From contig JACPTZ010000059.1 of assembly GCA_016192525.1 (NCBI GenBank), forward strand, positions 20,287 to 84,286: DNA of 64,000 bases. Reading direction: 5' to 3'. Origin of the DNA: Planctomycetota bacterium (GTDB taxonomy: Bacteria; Planctomycetota; MHYJ01; JACPTZ01). Positions 64,000 through 64,000 of this stretch are shown here, piece by piece. Below the pieces are notes generated by a model that had not been told where the DNA came from, did no database searches, and saw only the letters and a program-made list of their open reading frames with translations. The stretch's first letter is position 1. The number at the start of each line of letters is the position of its first letter. The position numbers and the translations under genes were made by a program.

Positions 64000-64000
64000 G

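Noticed and set aside
1-64000. CRISPR arrays, rRNA or tRNA genes
   Set aside because: No regularly spaced direct repeats with unique spacers and no recognisable rRNA/tRNA sequence signatures were seen. All tandem arrays found are contiguous (spacer-less) microsatellite or minisatellite-type repeats.

Overview
High-GC (about 68-70%) bacterial chromosomal segment from a flagellated, diderm-type organism. Phylum cannot be assigned from sequence alone. Several features are reminiscent of Planctomycetota/Myxococcota-like genomes: a DUF4388 domain fused to a cNMP-binding domain, a DUF1570 peptidase, a PEP-CTERM-locus type deacetylase, a Ser/Thr kinase fused to an FGE domain, and an FG-GAP protein. 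Main blocks, in order:
(1) 1-5.6 kb: an IS4-family element with perfect terminal inverted repeats and a 10-bp target-site duplication, inserted inside a gene and splitting it in two. Its transposase carries an in-frame amber stop.
(2) 7-16 kb: two outer-membrane beta-barrel proteins, an aldehyde dehydrogenase, a rhodanese whose active-site loop is interrupted by an in-frame TGA, and a radical-SAM protein (TIGR01212 family).
(3) 16.4-21.0 kb: a minus-strand operon of marR, yceI, a hypothetical gene, an ATP-grasp gene, a polysaccharide deacetylase and an HExxH peptidase, with a perfect 14-bp palindromic operator upstream of marR.
(4) 21-37 kb: a lipoprotein, an FG-GAP protein, ubiA, rseP, dxr, a Ser/Thr kinase-FGE fusion, and a giant GspK-like pseudopilin with a LamG domain.
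(5) 37-45.5 kb: a variable/defence-like island of lower GC. It carries a DUF2188-like remnant, a DUF3800-like protein, and a roughly 1380-aa single-chain Type IIG restriction-modification enzyme (PD-ExK nuclease, gamma-class N6A methyltransferase with NPPY, and target-recognition domain). A dGTPase and a PIN-TRAM protein follow.
(6) 45.7-61.4 kb: a late flagellar cluster, flgF-flgG-flgA-flgH-flgI-flgJ(rod-binding)-flgN-flgK-flgL-fliW-csrA-fliC. The flagellin is 785 aa.
(7) 61.5-64 kb: a DoxX protein and the start of a nonulosonic-acid locus (neuD-like acetyltransferase, neuB).
The window is unusually rich in small dispersed repeats: a MITE family with TIR CCCGGATTATTCATGAA (5 copies, typically abutting stop codons), a second MITE-like family (TIR GTCATCCTGAGCC), a REP-like hairpin family (CCCTCCCC-N-GGGGAGGG-ACAACAGG, at least 8 copies, two of them in-frame inside an ORF), and a composite family sharing GGGCGGGGGCAAGCCCCGCCCCTAC. 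It also contains a telomere-like (AGGGGTY)n G-quadruplex array with an inverted C-rich mirror, and polypurine/GGA-rich tandem repeats filling several intergenic spacers of the flagellar cluster.
No rRNA, tRNA or CRISPR array was recognised.
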